A stretch of DNA of 32,000 nucleotides from Mycobacterium leprae TN (GCF_000195855.1 NC_002677.1:570001-602000); one strand, 5' to 3'. Positions 1 through 9,624 are shown, counted from the first letter of the stretch. Notes: generated by a model not told the origin, from the letters alone. Made by a program: numbers and translations.

Positions 1-599
1 GTGTTCATTGGCTGCGGGAGCACGGAACCGGGCTATCTCCTGCAGTCTGTTCTGATCGAGAGTGACTCCAAAATTAAGTTTTTTGTCGCACTCACGGATC
101 GCTGACTAGTCCGGTTCGGGCTTTCCGCCCGGCAATATGAAACGCCTTGTGTCGCGCTTGCGCACAGTTAACACCCTGCTTGAGGCGTCTCTCGACACCA
201 CGGCATTGACCCGGATGGCATCCGCTAGATACTTCCTCAACCAACCGGAATCACCTTCATATCTCAATGCGGCATGCACCCAGGCCGCACATCACACCGT
301 CGGCGCGTCAACGTACTTTGTTACTCAGCCTAGATAATGCTGCGGCAAACCAGAGGGCCGATGCAGCGGTACTAGGCACTGATGGTGGCCTCAGTGGTAT
401 AGCTGACCCTTCCGCATAATCAAACTGTGCTCTCCCCACCTCTGATGGTAGTGTGCGCGGCTTTGTCGACCATGAAGTGATTGAACTCCAGCACTGTTTC
501 GGTAGATTTTGAGCAGCCTAACGAACTAATATACCGGGTCCACATTTCACCCTGCATTTCCAAATAGTTCCTACAGTGCGCCATCTCGGATGCTAGTAG

Positions 600-2250
600 C
601 CGTGGTAGTCACACGCGTGATGATAAATTATGTTAGGGTAAGCGAAATCATTGGCGTACAGAAAGCCCATTAGTCCATACTGACAATCCGCATCAGTGTA
701 ATTATCGTTGTTTTTATTGTACTAGGTGGTGATAAAAACATTGCGTTCGCCCACACATGTTGATCCACTAAATATCGCTGACTTCTAAAAGATTCTGTAA
801 ACACAGTTTGGTGGAACTATACACAAGGACCTCAGTCTAAATATAGAATTCCAGATCAAGCAAAGCTATTGATTTTTTCCACCGGTATGGTGAAGAATTT
901 TGACTAGATCTGTTACTACAAAAATAGTATGAAGCTGCGCTGCAGTGGATTAGCCAGTAATTCAACAGTAGACTTACCGTGGATGGCAAATAATAACGAA
1001 ATCGTGACACAAAATTCCCGCTTGCCATCGTTTGTACTTAACGGTAATGGAATCATTTGGTTTCCCGCGGGTTATTACGAAAGATTTCTGTTATTGTGGT
1101 ACCAAGCCGCACATAATCGACCGATTTGGCGGCAAGTTCATTTTGGTGCTGCTCTACTTTGCGCTTGATTTGGTTGTCGAGTCGCTGTAACCGCCTTCGA
1201 TATCTTCCCCCACTAACTTCGGTACCAAACCAGTAAGTGCTGTCATAGGTCGGTGCGTGCAGGGTATTCTCGTACCAGTTGGTGGTGTTGTACAGAAAAA
1301 CGGAATTGCCAAAGGGTGTTGTGCAGAAAGTCTGAAAAGGTTAGGTGAGCAGATCTCGGGAATCAACAGCGGAGCCCTGAGTTATGTTGTACGGTGACCT
1401 ACCGCAAACCTCCTCGCTCACGGAACATATAGCATTCCATTCCGGTCGGAAGACTCTAAGAAATAAGGTTTGATGCCGACATTCCTGACTCCAGCAGCTA
1501 CTGCAATATCCGCAGGTAGATAAGTAACGTCTTATCGGTCGCTGCGTCGTAGCGGTTTTGTGCCGATATTGACACCGGGTCGTAACACTAGGTGCGTGCG
1601 TTTTAACCGCTTCTATATATTTTTTCTACGTTGGAGTTTATTCCATAGAATTGATTAGCGGAGGTAATTGCATCATTGGGGACTGTGAGATGGAACCAGA
1701 ACTTACTCACCTTGTCTTTGCTGATCTCTAAACTTGCCCGCCATTGCAATTCTCCCTGTTCGTTTATCAACCAGCGAGAAAAGCTACCGTTATTTAACCC
1801 CTGTTTAACACTCTTGCACTTAACCAGGATGTCAGGTTGTCGGTATATTTCAACACAACTGGAGACTACGAACCTGGCTACGAATTGCACCATTTTTATT
1901 TAGCAGAACTAGTTATATAACGTAAAACTGCAAGGCCGGGTGTGGTACCGATCTGGGCTGGAACCAGCAGTTATGCACTTCTGTACGCTGCATGCTACGT
2001 AACGGCCTTCCGCAAAATTCTTGTAGCAGCACTAATTATCGTTGTCGTGATTACCTTAGCTCGGTCCCCGACGAATACCGCGACCGCAACCCGGTATTCG
2101 TACGCAGCCACTGGCACGTGCGGATAGCCAAGAATCGTAGAATGGAGGTAAATAATGTAACGGTTTAGGTATATCTAGCCAAAATATAGGCGAAATGTTA
2201 GGACGGATCATGCTCAGATGGAGGCAGATCTCATAGGGTCAATTCCAGTT
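600..2250. other. AT-rich, ORF-poor block with no recognisable intact gene; likely foreign or heavily decayed DNA
   Basis: Hand count of G+C: 20/60 for 841-900 and 24/60 for 901-960, against 39/60 for 12001-12060 inside ruvA. All six frames are broken by frequent stops and the longest ORF is 96 aa. Boundaries are approximate. Confidence 0.6.
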
Positions 2251-2259
2251 CGCACCTGT

Positions 2260-2508
2260 CCGGTTCGGTGATCCCGATAGCTCATTTGGTGCTCGGCCAG
2301 CTGGCTGTCATAGTTAGGCACGCTACACCACGCAACATCTGCCGTAGCGACTCGGCTACAGCAACTAGGTTTTCTTTCGGAGGCATCTATCACAGCGATC
2401 CGTCGCGCACCACTTGGTGATCCAATAATCTACCGGGTGCAAGACATCGAACTGTGTCTCCGTCGCCGCTAAGCGCGACTGATCGAAGTTGTCCCAGTGG
2501 CACAGAGG
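2260..2508 (+). pseudogene. feoA: feoA-like (FeoA/SH3-like iron transport protein) pseudogene
   Basis: Translation gives '...RLQQLGFLSEASITAIRRAPLGDPIIYRVQDIELCLRRR*ARLIEV', which resembles the FeoA C-terminal pattern (LG..PG..I.V.R.AP.GDPI...V.G..L.LRR.EA..IEV). It has an in-frame TAA and lies directly upstream of the feoB start. The 5' boundary is uncertain. Confidence 0.5.
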
Positions 2509-4400
2509 ATGACGTCTTGCTACATTGGCGATCGCGGCCAATTGCCATTGCGGGTACCCACCGAGTAGTACTGGTCGACAATTCGAACGTCGGCAAGACC
2601 AAGGTGTTCAATCGTTTGACCAGGTTACGCGCAAAAGACTGGAAACTATCCGGGTGTAACGGTCGGCCGCAGTGTAGGCACCATCAAGGTCAACGGCGTC
2701 ACCAACGCCGTCGGAGACTTTCCCGACACCTAATATTTAGACGATCAGCCCGGACGAGCAAGTGGTTACGCAATCTGCTCTCCGGTGAGCTCGACGACAT
2801 CGACCGTCCTGATGCGATCGTGGTGGTTACCGACGTCACCACGCTTCGTCGTTCGATCCTTTTTGTGGCGTAGGCGCTCCGAGTAGGCTACTGGCACTCA
2901 ACTATGAATGACGAATTAACCACCCTGGCAGGCCGGGTCGACATCGATGCGTTGTCGGCAGCGATGGGAATATTTGTAACTGCAATCGTAGTGCACCGTG
3001 GTTCACGGTGTAATAGACGGGTTACGAGGTAGCCGATGGCAGCGGCCGCCGATCTCCTACCGTCTGATCACGACGCTGCCGAAGCCCGGGGAAGATCGGT
3101 GCTCAATGTCGTTGATTACTTTGTGCCACAAGAGGATCAGAGTTCAATCTGAATTGAACAAGTTGGGTTGCAACCGTTATGGGGCTCCGTCGTCTTTTTC
3201 GCGGTTATGTTTGTGTTCTTCTAGGTCGTGTTCACCGCTGTGGCGCCACTGCAGGATTTGGTCTACCAAGTGCTTGTCTGGCTGGGCGGCACGGTCGGCG
3301 ATCTTTCCGGTAACTCCGTGCTGACAGGTCTACTTGGCTACGGGATCATCGGCGGTGTCGGCATTGTCCTGCAGTTCATCCCGAGGATTGCACTGCATAT
3401 TTTTGTTGATTGCTCTGCTGGAAATGTGGGCTATATGGCACGAGCTGCGTTTCTCATGGAACGGGTAATGGTCAAAACCGGACTGGAAGGCTGCGCTTTT
3501 GTTGTCTGCTGTACTCGTTCGCCTGTGCGGTCTCGGGCATTATGGCTACCCGAACGTTGCCATCGTAAAGCGACCGAATCGCCACCGTACCTGTCTGCGT
3601 CGCTGATGACCTATCACGCTCGCCTAACTGGTATTCACTTTGCTGATCGGTGTTTTGTGCGCGCCATATAGAAGCTGGTGAGGCCTCAGCGCGCAGAGAG
3701 TGGTGGTGTTTTGTTGTATCTCAGTGGTGGCGCTCCTCATCGCGTGGATGTTCAAGTCGACGATCCTGCGCAGCGACTTGCTGCCGTTCACCAAGGAGCT
3801 TCCACCTTATCGGTTTTTCTACTCCAAAGCTGTGCTGGTGACAATGTGGGGTGCGGAGAAGATGTTTCTGCATAAGCCCACTATCCTCTTGGCTATGTCA
3901 GTGATGTTGTGGGCGTTCTTTAATCTGCTACCGCGTGACGCTGAGATCTCGTAGCTGTCCCCGGACGACGTCATCGCATATGTGAGATAGACCACAGCTA
4001 CGCTGTGGACGTTGGCAAGGTCGTCTAGCCGGTGTTCAAGCTACTCGGCTTTGGCTGGCTCACCGACGTCGGATTGTTCGGCTACTTGGCGGCTTGGGAG
4101 GTGTTTGTATCCATCCTCGGCGAGGTGGTGGCGGCAACAAATCCCGACGAACTGCTTGAGGCGTTGGCCACCATAACTGATGATCAGTGGTACCGGGAAT
4201 TTACCGCGTCGACGGTCATCGCGCTGTTGGCGTATTTCAATTCGCCTTGTAGTGCATGTCGACCGTTGCTGTGATGTGCCTCGAGAGCAACTCGTGACGA
4301 TGGCCGGCGTTCGCGTTCATTTGCATGTTTGTCTTTGCTTGGGCGATGCCGTTCACTGCATGATCGATTACGACGGGTCCTTGCGCATGATTGCGATGCA
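2509..4400 (+). pseudogene. feoB: feoB (ferrous iron transporter B, GTPase plus permease) pseudogene with many frameshifts and stops
   Basis: Fragments spread over all three + frames match FeoB.
- 'MTSCYIG..' start at 2509.
- G1 motif 'VLVDNSNVGKTKVFNRLT'.
- 'DRPDAIVVVTDVTTLRRS'.
- G4-like 'TMNDELTTLAGRVDIDALSAAMG'.
- Gate motif 'GYMARAAFLMERVMVKTGLEG'.
- 'LPFTKELPPYR', and C-terminal 'GFGWLTDVGLFGYLAAWEVFVSILG...LAYFNSPCSA'.
Stops occur at about 2731 and 2871, among others. The 3' end is approximate. Confidence 0.85.
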
Positions 4401-5172
4401 CTCCATGGCCATCGCTGAACCGCGGCAACTGCTCTGGGTGATCGCGTCCGACAACCTCCCGCCTGGCCGGCACCGTTCGACAAGCTCAAGGTCGGCTTGG
4501 TGCACTGCTGGACAGTTGGGTAATCGGGCAGCTGGTCGTGCGTACAGTCGACGTGTTGATCACGCTTAGCATCGGAAGCAGTTGGAGCGAACTTGGTGAC
4601 CAGGTCCAAGACGCACTCGCCGAAGCGCTACTGCACCCGGCAACTTGGTGGGCCGATGTGGTAACCGATGACTTCGCCAACTTGGCGGAAATCTCCAGCA
4701 AGCTACTCATGGGATTGATCGGCGCCCTAGCCGAATCGCATGTCGGATCAGTCGAATTGGTGTCGTTGGCTTGGAGCCAATTTGGTGGTTCGGATGTCTG
4801 GTACTTGTAAGGGGTTCTCGGCAGCGGGTTCGACGCTTCACGACAAGCTGCAACGCGAAATCCGGTGACAGGTCGGACAGCAGGTCACTGTTTCCAGTGA
4901 AAATTTCTCAATTCTATATCATTAGATAAGAAGCTGTTCTTGTTGATAGTTCGTCGAATAATCCATCACGTACATTCTTGTTAAAAACTAAGTATGGATT
5001 AGGTTTTCAAGAGGAATTGAAGGTATCGGTTTCGGCTTGCTGCAATCACATCTGAACCAGTCACGCAAGGCGGAACCAAGCCAGGTGTCTCGCATCATCG
5101 CCTGATGAGTCAGGTCCCACGGATTATATACGAGTGCAGTACAGACCTTTGTGCGTTGCGCTTGCGCAAACT

Positions 5173-5238
5173 AGTACACCAATTCGATAAGTTCCTGGTC
5201 AGCGACTGCTGACCAGGAACTTATCGAATTGGTGTACT
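5173..5238. repeat. Perfect inverted repeat: 31-bp arms with a 4-nt spacer (66 bp palindrome)
   Basis: Left arm 5173-5203 is AGTACACCAATTCGATAAGTTCCTGGTCAGC. Spacer 5204-5207 is GACT. Right arm 5208-5238 is GCTGACCAGGAACTTATCGAATTGGTGTACT, the exact reverse complement (checked base by base). Flanking bases 5172/5239 do not pair. Confidence 0.97.
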
Positions 5239-5329
5239 GCACATCTACGCGCCGTCAAGGCTATAAATACGCATCTCTGCTGACGTAATCGTCCCCCGTA
5301 TCACGGGATGCTGGCAAACATGAGTCCGA

Positions 5330-5543
5330 GTGACACTCTCCAACAGGCCGGCTGTCCATTGATCACGGTGGTGGATGCATTGCTAAATGAGCAGCTACCT
5401 GAACTGTTTGAGTCGTAACAGGTTCCAAATGCCTCTTTTTCGCTTGCTTATGCCACAACGCGGCTATGGTGGCAGCCGTCATGCAGGAGGGGCTGATCCG
5501 TTTTCCCGCGGGATACCCGGCTGACTCCGCAGTGGAGCGTGTT
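5330..5543 (+). pseudogene. tesB2: 3' remnant of acyl-CoA thioesterase II (tesB2-like), 5'-truncated
   Basis: The frame running into pdxT reads '...[18 protein letters not shown]', which resembles the TesB C-terminus (E. coli TesB ends ...LVASTVQEGVMRNHN). Upstream fragments 'LSIDH' and 'LPELFES' in shifted frames resemble the SLDH..WF....EWLLYE region. By M. tuberculosis synteny tesB2 lies upstream of pdxT. No homology is visible upstream of about 5300. Confidence 0.4.
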
Positions 5544-6140
5544 GTGAGCTTTCCGAGGGTGGGCGTCTTGGCGCTGCAGGGCGATACCCGTGAGCATCTC
5601 ACCGCGCTGCGCGAAGCCGGGGCCGACTCCATGCCGGTACGTCGCCGCGGTGAGCTGGACGAGGTTGACGCGCTGGTCATTCCCGGCGGCGAATCCACTA
5701 CCATCAGCCACCTGCTGCTCGACTGCGAGTTGCTAGAGCCGTTGCGTGCGCGTCTGGCCGACGGGTTGCCGGCTTACGGTGCGTGCACGGGTATGATTCT
5801 ACTGGCCAGTGAGATCCTCGACGCTGGCGTGTGTGGGCGTGAGGCGCTGCCGTTGGGTGCTATCGATATTACAGTGCGGCGCAACGCTTTTGGACGCCAA
5901 GTCGATTCATTTGAAGGCGATATTGGGTTCGCTGGTCTTGTTGATCCGGTGCGTGCGGTGTTCATCCGTGCGCCCTGGGTGGAACGGGCCGGCGATGGCG
6001 TGCAGGTGCTGGCTCAAGCTGCGGGCCACGCTGTCGCGGTGCGGCAGGGCTCAATGTTGGCTACGGCGTTTCACCCGGAGATGACCAGCGACCGGCGCAT
6101 CCACCAGTTATTCGTTGACATTGTCAACGGAATCGCCTGA
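5544..6140 (+). CDS. pdxT: Pyridoxal 5'-phosphate synthase glutaminase subunit PdxT
   Basis: Class I glutamine amidotransferase signatures: '[10 protein letters not shown]', 'IPGGESTT', nucleophile '[10 protein letters not shown]', 'TAFHPE'. The ORF track starts at 5466, but its first ~26 aa look like tesB2 remnant. The GTG at 5544 ([13 protein letters not shown]) matches the orthologue N-terminus I recall ([13 protein letters not shown]). Confidence 0.9.
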   Translation: MSFPRVGVLALQGDTREHLTALREAGADSMPVRRRGELDEVDALVIPGGESTTISHLLLDCELLEPLRARLADGLPAYGACTGMILLASEILDAGVCGREALPLGAIDITVRRNAFGRQVDSFEGDIGFAGLVDPVRAVFIRAPWVERAGDGVQVLAQAAGHAVAVRQGSMLATAFHPEMTSDRRIHQLFVDIVNGIA

Positions 6141-6360
6141 GTTTCAGGAAAGTGCACATCAGTCACATCTGCACCATCAACAGGTGACGGGGTGATTTCG
6201 AAAAATTCATAGCGCATGCGTTATCACTCCTTACAAACCGACATGCCTCAAAAATCTGTGACGCTTGGGCATTCTTAGGCGGTAGGGGTAAGTGTGCGGG
6301 CCAGCTAGCACGTAAACTTGTTGTGCGACTGTCAGGTAACAGAAGAGGTTCTACACACCG

Positions 6361-7116
6361 ATGAGCGGCCATTCCAAGTGGGCCACCACCAAGCACAAAA
6401 AGGCTGTCATTGATGCTCGCCGCGGCAAGATGTTCGCCCGGCTGATTAAGAACATTGAGGTTGCGGCTCGCGTCGGTGGTGGTGATCCAGTGGGCAACCC
6501 AACGCTCTACGATGCGATCCAGAAAGCGAAGAAGAGCTCGGTGCCCAACGGGAACATCGAACGGGCGCGCAAACGCGGCGCTGGCGAGGAGGTCGGTGGT
6601 GCCGACTGGCAAGTCATTACCTACGAGGGCTACGCACCCAACGGTGTGGCGGTCCTGATCGAATGTCTGACCGATAACCGCAACCGCGCAGCTGGTGAGG
6701 TGCGGGTGGCGATGACTCGCAATGGCGGTGCCATGGCTGATCCAGGGTCGGTGGCCTACCTGTTCTCTCGCAAGGGCGTGGTCACCTTGGAGAAGAACGG
6801 TCTCACCGAAGACGATGTGCTCGCTGCGGTGCTAGACGCCGGCGCTGAGGAGGTCAACGACCTTGGTGACAGCTTCGAGGTGATTGCCGAGCCAGGTGAT
6901 CTGGTTGCGGTCCGCACCGCGTTGCAGGATGCCGGCATCGACTACGAGTCAGCTGAAGCTAGTTTCCAGCCGTCGGTCAGCATGCCAGTTGACCTCGATG
7001 GCGCCCGCAAGGTATTCAAGCTTGTCGACGCGCTAGAGGACAGCGACGACGTGCATAATGTCTGGACTAATGCCGATGTATCCGACGAGGTGTTGGCCGC
7101 CCTTGACGGCGAGTGA
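6361..7116 (+). CDS. YebC/PmpR (TACO1) family DNA-binding transcriptional regulator
   Basis: Canonical N-terminus '[37 protein letters not shown]', 251 aa. GAAGAGG lies upstream of the ATG. Position equals Rv2603c. Confidence 0.95.
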   Translation: MSGHSKWATTKHKKAVIDARRGKMFARLIKNIEVAARVGGGDPVGNPTLYDAIQKAKKSSVPNGNIERARKRGAGEEVGGADWQVITYEGYAPNGVAVLIECLTDNRNRAAGEVRVAMTRNGGAMADPGSVAYLFSRKGVVTLEKNGLTEDDVLAAVLDAGAEEVNDLGDSFEVIAEPGDLVAVRTALQDAGIDYESAEASFQPSVSMPVDLDGARKVFKLVDALEDSDDVHNVWTNADVSDEVLAALDGE

Positions 7117-7149
7117 GCTACAGCGGGACACACTGGGTCAAGGGTGCAG

Positions 7150-9203
7150 TAAGATCGGAAGCCACTGACGGCTCTGGCCATCGGCAGATTCCATTAGTTT
7201 GATAGTCGTGACGCCTGTCTTCGATGGTGCTTGGGTGCTGGAAAGTCGACGGGCCGAGTGTGTCAGCGGCCCGATGTCGCTGGAGAACACGGTTGCGGTC
7301 TCGAGCACTTGCGGGTTGAAGAATCGCCGCGGCTAAACGTTGTTTCGGTATGCCGGGTGTGGGCGCAGTGTCGCCCGGGGGTGCCAAGACACATTTCCAA
7401 TAACCTAAGATGGGCACGCAGAGATGATAAAGCATAGCACAGGCCGGCCGGGGATCGTCGAGACTATCCTCCAAAACGTTGTCGGGGTGGAAAACGGGCT
7501 TCCTGCACGACCATCAGCTCTGCGGGAGCCAGCGCATGCGCGCCAAATACACAGAACTCGTTGGAATACGGCCGGCTCAGCATGGGGGTATCAGGGTCGG
7601 TAAGGTCGATGATGAACTGTGTCAAAGCCTCCGGCGGAGCGCAAGCTCACAGTGGAGGTGCGCAGCCAGTTCATTGGGTCGTAGATCACGACGGCCACCG
7701 CGGGTTGTCCAGTGCGCCGCTGTTGGCGCCCCGCAGTGTGGTGCGCGTTACTTACGTTGATCACTGCGGGATTGAGCTCCACTTGAACGATTGTGCCGAT
7801 GTCAAGCTGTCGTGTTTGTGTCTGTGGCGGTGAGTTGTTCGGTTGGTTTCATAGGTGGTGGGTGAAATGGCTGTTTTTGCGTTTTATGACTGGCCGATAT
7901 GTTCGGTAGTCGTGGGGGGCAGCCCGGAATCCTGTTGACGTGTTTTGCTGTGTTGCGGGGTTTTTGTTGGTGGGTGGCTGACTGCCTGCTTTCGATGAGG
8001 CTTCGTGTGCTTTGCCGCAGTGGACACGATTAGCGCGGCGCACGTAAGCATGTCGGTGGTGGGTGCTGCTTGGTCTACATGTTGATGATGCCAGGGGCTG
8101 GGCACCTGGGCTGTGCTGAAGGCGATATCGATGCAGGCGTGGGTGTGAGGATAGTTGTTAGCGCCGCGGGGTAGGGGCGTTTTAGTGTGCATGTCATGGC
8201 CTTGAGGTGTCGGCGTGGTCAATGTGGCCGCACCTGAACAGGCACGTCCCCGTGCACGGTATAACTATTCGCACCTGATGTTATCCCTTGCACCATTTCT
8301 GCCGCTGGTATCGGTGTCGGCGGCTTGTTGACCGGCCCTCAGCCAGCAAGCAGGCATGCCGCCGGGTGCAGCAGTATCGTGTTAGTGAACAGTGCATCGA
8401 TGATCCGGCCGTCGGCGGCACATACGGCAACCTTCTAGCGCAGATCAACCACCCACACCCCACCAGCCCACCACAACACCACCCAAACCAAACCAGCAAA
8501 AAATAACCACCAAATGACCATCACGACGACACCTTGAAGTCTAAACGGACAAGTTACTGGTTACTGGCCGGGCGCGGCGTCTGGCACCAATACCGAGTAT
8601 GCATTATTACCGAGTGCGGGGTAGACGAGGCTCTAGGTGTACTGGTAGTCGTCCTGGGTGGAAAACTGCAGAACCCCGTCCAAGTACAGCCGTATGTCGT
8701 TACCACGTTGGGTTACCTACCTCCTGGTAGACAGCCGGTGTGCCGGTAGGCGATGATTGGGGCGGAGATATCCCGATATCCGTAGCGGGGTTCGTAGGAC
8801 CGCGTTGCAGCAGCACCTCGGCACCGACCAAGACGATCGATCAGCGCTGTACTCACCGCCAGGACCCGTGTTAACCCCGCCCATAAACGCTAGAGCGCCG
8901 CTGCAGACAGGCCGTTGATGATGTCCGGCAGCGCATCGACCGCGATGAATGTGATAGCCGCATGTGCGTTAGCAGCAGTTTGACTGCTAAGGCCTCAGCA
9001 CCCAACACGGCGATGTAGCTCGCGACGATCAGTGAAGTTGCGACGATGCCGCTGCCGTTCAAGCTTGTCGGCAGGGTCGGTTGTGCGAGTTCATAGATGA
9101 TGCCGCATGTCACACACGCGGCGACGACGGCCAGAAGCACGGCTCGCCACCGTCGTGGCAACTCGGTGAGCCAGCTGATTGCGAGCACCGGAATAGAATT
9201 CAT
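7150..9203 (-). pseudogene. speE: Polyamine aminopropyltransferase (membrane-anchored SpeE, Rv2601-like) pseudogene, interrupted by RLEP
   Basis: Minus-strand fragments match SpeE.
- N-terminal membrane domain 'RAVLLAVVAACVTCGIIYELAQ...' (8871-9203).
- 'DIRLYLDGVLQFSTQDDYQYT*SLVYPA' (about 8600-8700).
- 'IVQVELNPAVINV...AVAVVIYDPMNWLR...GGFDTV' (about 7620-7810).
- 'DLTDPDTPMLSRPYSNEF' and 'FWRIVSTI' further down.
There are many stops and frameshifts. The 3' end is approximate. Confidence 0.75.
7830..8530. repeat. RLEP, the M. leprae-specific dispersed repeat
   Basis: Contains sequences I recognise as RLEP diagnostic primer and probe sites.
- TGCATGTCATGGCCTTGAGG at 8188-8207, and the complement of CACCGATACCAGCGGCAGAA at 8297-8316. 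This gives the expected 129-bp product.
- The nested pair TGAGGTGTCGGCGTGGTC / complement of CAGAAATGGTGCAAGGGA.
- GCAGTATCGTGTTAGTGAA at 8371-8389, followed by TCGATGATCCGGCCGTCGGCG and the complement of CGCTAGAAGGTTGCCGTAT.
SpeE homology stops at about 8530 and resumes at about 7815. Edges are good to roughly +/-40 bp. Confidence 0.9.
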
Positions 9204-9624
9204 GACAGCGCGGTGGCGGTTACTCCCCGCACTAACAGCAGCATCAGAGCCGTCGCGAACATGGGGCCGGATGCAGCTCGGGTTTTTCGACGTGTTTATG
9301 GAAATTGCCGGGTGTCACTATGCTCTAGTGTCAACCAGAGATATCCCTTAATATGACCACGCCCATGAAACCATATATTGCCACCCCGACGAGCCCCTGA
9401 CTGAGCTGGCTCACGCCGCTGGCGATGGTGCTGATGGTGACGACGGCGTTAGGCCGGCGGTTAATTAAAGCCATTTGCTGCAACTGTCCTGGGATCAACG
9501 CATCGACCGTGACGAAGTTGGTGGCCAGGATGGCTACGACTACCAGGAAGTACAGGAAGCTGGCAACCACGCCGCGCAAGATGGGATTGAGGTTGACGGT
9601 GTCGGTCTGGACGGTGAAGTTCAT
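9200..9624 (-). pseudogene. Small integral membrane protein (Rv2600-like; DUF350 as I recall) pseudogene
   Basis: ATG at 9624 preceded by AAGGAGA. The product begins 'MNFTVQTD...LRGVVASFLYFLVVVAILATNFVTVDALIPGQL...RPNAVV...SQGLVGVAIYGFMGVVIL'. Two in-frame stops (TGA cac TAG, about 9323-9331) follow, then 'SIVTPGNF....HPAP', which looks like a second internal repeat. A frameshift leads to 'MFATALMLLLVRGVTATALS*', whose TGA overlaps the speE ATG (ATGA). Confidence 0.6.

Noticed and set aside
4184-4609. 141-aa minus-strand ORF and overlapping + strand ORFs (4180-4569, 4538-4810) after feoB
   Set aside because: The minus ORF is antisense to the FeoB C-terminal remnant. The + ORFs are shifted-frame read-throughs of the pseudogene tail. 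None has motifs or a credible RBS. The stretch 4450-4850 stays unassigned rather than called.
7118-7474. 118-aa minus-strand ORF just downstream of yebC
   Set aside because: It overlaps the 3' portion of the decayed speE (the FWRIVSTI... region lies in a neighbouring frame). It has no family resemblance of its own.
7884-8222. 112-aa minus-strand ORF (and others at 7849-8043, 8281-8499, 8288-8506) that might encode an RLEP protein
   Set aside because: They lie wholly inside RLEP, which is generally regarded as non-coding. The products are Pro/Thr/His-rich and low in complexity, with no RBS or recognisable transposase motif.
8440-8530. C/A-rich run (caccacaacaccacccaaaccaaaccagcaaaaaataaccaccaaatgacc) and the mirrored G/T-rich run near 7840-7990, which looked like microsatellite or CRISPR-like repeats
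   Set aside because: There are no regularly spaced direct repeats or spacers. They are strand-biased stretches belonging to the RLEP element itself.
8871-9203. 110-aa ORF that looks like an intact small membrane protein
   Set aside because: It is only the N-terminal transmembrane segment of the SpeE-like protein. After about 60 residues the product diverges into a shifted frame ending in a stop. The catalytic domain downstream is fragmented and split by RLEP.
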